From assembly GCA_030748735.1 (NCBI GenBank), contig JASMLK010000137.1, forward strand, positions 399 to 64,398: a stretch of 64,000 nucleotides of DNA, given 5' to 3'. Shown here in pieces: positions 61,989 to 64,000 of this stretch (position 1 is its first letter; each line of letters begins with the position of its first letter). A program made the translations under genes and the position numbers. The notes beneath the pieces are model-generated. The model did no database searches, was not told the origin of the DNA, and worked only from the letters and a program-made list of their open reading frames with translations. The stretch comes from Myxococcota bacterium. Lineage in GTDB: Bacteria; Myxococcota_A; UBA9160; UBA4427.

Positions 61989-63227
61989 TCAGCCCTTGCG
62001 CGCCTGCGACTTGCGCCCGCTCTTCTTCTTCGGGCCTGAACCGCCGCCGCCGCTCTTGCCGTGGCTCTTCGCCCGCTCGGCTGCTTCGCGCAGGGTCTGC
62101 GCGACTTCGTCGCCGAACTCGCGCTTGAACCAGGGCTTCAGTTCAGTGACATCGGCGAGGTCGGCGCCGGTTTCCGGGTTGCACCACGCGATGGCTTCGA
62201 GCGCTGCGTTTGGGCACAGGACCCCGGGGTCGAGTGAAAGGTCTTCGGCGCGGCCCGTGCGCCAGACCTTGAGGTCGTTCACGCGTCGTTCCGTCTTGCG
62301 GTCCATGCGCCGGCGACCGCTGCCGTTGCCGAGGTTCTTGGGGATCGGCGGATGTTCGACGTCGCGGCCCTTGTTGACCGCGGCCAGGATGTCTTCGCCC
62401 ATGCGCCGAACCAGCAGGTCCGTAATGCCCTTGATCGACTTGAGCTGGCTGTTGCGCGTCGGCTTGGCGGTCGCGACTTCGAGCAGCGTGCGATTGCCCA
62501 GCACCTTGAAGGGCGGGCGGTCGATTTCGCGCGCACGCGCGTCGCGCATCAGGAAGAGTTCCTTGAGCACGCTCAAGCTCTTCGGCTCGAGCTTGCGCGC
62601 GCCCTTGATGCGCAGGTAGCCCCGGCGGTCGAAGGTGCGATCGGGCCATTCGCGTGCACACAGGGTGTCGAATTCTTCCTGTGCCCACTCGAGGCGACCC
62701 GCCTTCTTGAGTTCGCGTTCGAGCTTCTTGGCCAGGCGGGCGAGGTAGAGCACGTCGCCGACCGCGTAATTGAGCTGCTTTTCGGTGAGCGGGCGTCGCG
62801 ACCAGTCGGAGCGCTGCTCGTCCTTCGGGACCTTCACGTCAAAGTGGTGCTCGATCATCGCGGCCAGCCCGATCGAGCGATATCCCAGCAACTGCGCGGA
62901 AATCATCGTGTCGAAGACGTTTGCGAACGTGTACCCGTAGTCGCGCTTGAGCACGTAGATGTCGTACTCGGCGGCGTGGAAGAGCACGCGCACGTTGGGC
63001 GAAGCGCAAATGCGCCCGAACGGCTCCATGGCGTCGGGGCCCTCGAACGCCAGGGTGTCGATCAGGTAGGCGTGCTTCGGCGTGGCGACCTGCACGAGAC
63101 AGGTCTTGTCGAAGTAGTGATAGAAGCTGTCGGCTTCCGTATCGACAGCGATCACTTTCTCGTCGAGCCACTCGTTGGAGAGCTCTTCGAGCCGCTCTGC
63201 GGCGTCGACGAATTCGAAATCAGCCAA
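61989..63227 (-). CDS. rnd: ribonuclease D with Lys/Gly-rich C-terminal tail
   Basis: DEDD exonuclease motifs AVDTEADSF, HAAEYDIYVL and FDTMISAQLL. HRDC-like region. TTG 63227 lies 6 nt after AGAGG and matches the usual N-terminus. Upstream codons to 63356/63584 have low GC3. Confidence 0.8.
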   Translation of the reverse strand: MADFEFVDAAERLEELSNEWLDEKVIAVDTEADSFYHYFDKTCLVQVATPKHAYLIDTLAFEGPDAMEPFGRICASPNVRVLFHAAEYDIYVLKRDYGYTFANVFDTMISAQLLGYRSIGLAAMIEHHFDVKVPKDEQRSDWSRRPLTEKQLNYAVGDVLYLARLAKKLERELKKAGRLEWAQEEFDTLCAREWPDRTFDRRGYLRIKGARKLEPKSLSVLKELFLMRDARAREIDRPPFKVLGNRTLLEVATAKPTRNSQLKSIKGITDLLVRRMGEDILAAVNKGRDVEHPPIPKNLGNGSGRRRMDRKTERRVNDLKVWRTGRAEDLSLDPGVLCPNAALEAIAWCNPETGADLADVTELKPWFKREFGDEVAQTLREAAERAKSHGKSGGGGSGPKKKSGRKSQARKG

Positions 63228-63432
63228 GTCCGACCTCTGGTCCGGGGCAACGGGCGATCGGTGAAGTACCGATCTCGAAGGGACACCGGGGCATGGATTG
63301 AAAATCTGCCGGGGGTGGGTTGCCGAACCAGGGTTGGGGGCACCGCAAGACTTCATCCTAGCCGACCCCCCCTTGGCGGGAAATGCCACATTGCCCCAGA
63401 TACTCGATTTTGCGCAGGTTCTCGCGGCTTCA

Positions 63433-64000
63433 ATGGGCCGCCGGCTCACGTATGCTGCGCGCGTCATGCAGCAGGGCCTGGGATTTTCGAGTGCGATCAG
63501 GGGCGAGGCGGCGGCGCGGGAGGCGGTCGTCGCGGCGCGGGTCTCGTTGGGCACCGCGCCCGAACACGCACTCGTGTTTGCCACCGGGGCCTTCGGGCTG
63601 GCGATCGACGACGTGCTCGACGCGGTCGAAGCCGAACTCGGCGGTGTGCCGGTCCACGGAGGGTTGTTTTCGGGCGTCTTCGCTGCCGGTGGGGCCGCGG
63701 TCGAAAACCCGGGCCTCGCCGTGGCGTTGCTCGCCGGGGCCGAACTGCACGCGGTGTTGCTGGACGAACTTCCGATCGACGACCCCCACGCTGCCGAAGA
63801 AGTGCACGATCACCTGGGCGTCGCGCTCGGCGAACGAGACCTGCTGTTCGTGGCCGCCGACTTCGCGCACCACGATGCTTCGGCGTTCTTCGCTTCGCTC
63901 GCGAAGCACGCGGGGGAGGGCGTCCGGGCACTCGGAGCGGGTTGCGTGGCGGCGGGAGAAGGTGCGTCGATGGTGTGGTCCCATGGGCGGCGCAGCGCGG
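63433..64000 (+). CDS. FIST-domain signal-transduction protein, N-terminal part (3' end outside window)
   Basis: My own translation of the open frame: MGRRLTYAARVMQQGLGFSSAIRGEAAAREAVVAARVSLGTAPEHALVFATGAFG... High GC3. It is absent from the ORF track because it runs off the window. Confidence 0.6.
   Translation, partial: MGRRLTYAARVMQQGLGFSSAIRGEAAAREAVVAARVSLGTAPEHALVFATGAFGLAIDDVLDAVEAELGGVPVHGGLFSGVFAAGGAAVENPGLAVALLAGAELHAVLLDELPIDDPHAAEEVHDHLGVALGERDLLFVAADFAHHDASAFFASLAKHAGEGVRALGAGCVAAGEGASMVWSHGRRSA

Overview
High-GC bacterial chromosomal window from a diderm organism (Pal lipoprotein, beta-barrel outer-membrane proteins, LpxL-type acyltransferase, a PEP-CTERM protein). I call about 60 protein-coding genes. 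I recognised no rRNA, tRNA, CRISPR array, transposase or prophage genes. Many long ORFs in the track are antisense mirror ORFs typical of high-GC DNA, and I ignored them. Landmarks: (1) dnaA at 25768-27612 (minus). It is not followed by dnaN, and a 570-bp untranslated region holding the most AT-rich DNA in the window lies just upstream. (2) Nine translationally coupled genes at 9290-20658: KAS III, FabA, FabG-like, FabZ-like, KAS I/II, ACP, PlsC-type acyltransferase, PPTase and an 1881-aa single-chain biotin carboxylase. (3) A clear cobalamin riboswitch (minus, about 23260-23478) whose downstream gene is a secreted PEP-CTERM protein. (4) A sigma-54-type promoter in front of two paralogous ferritin-like di-iron proteins and a Zn-ribbon protein (3628-5717). 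(5) A 176-bp imperfect palindromic repeat in two copies (5897-6072 and 25591-25768) with compensatory substitutions between copies. (6) A minus-strand operon at 50825-56253 encoding an OMP, a TagF-type glycerophosphotransferase, an ABC exporter and a membrane-anchored nucleotidyltransferase, with G9 and G7 homopolymer tracts at the OMP start codon. (7) A second sigma-54-type promoter at 61542 with no coding target. The rest is housekeeping (thiC, aroC, mutY, sfsA, tyrS, acs, pepP, rnd, folB, dgkA, cbiX), a vapBC pair, and a TetR-controlled flavoenzyme cluster. All family assignments come from motifs read in the supplied translations. No database search was run.
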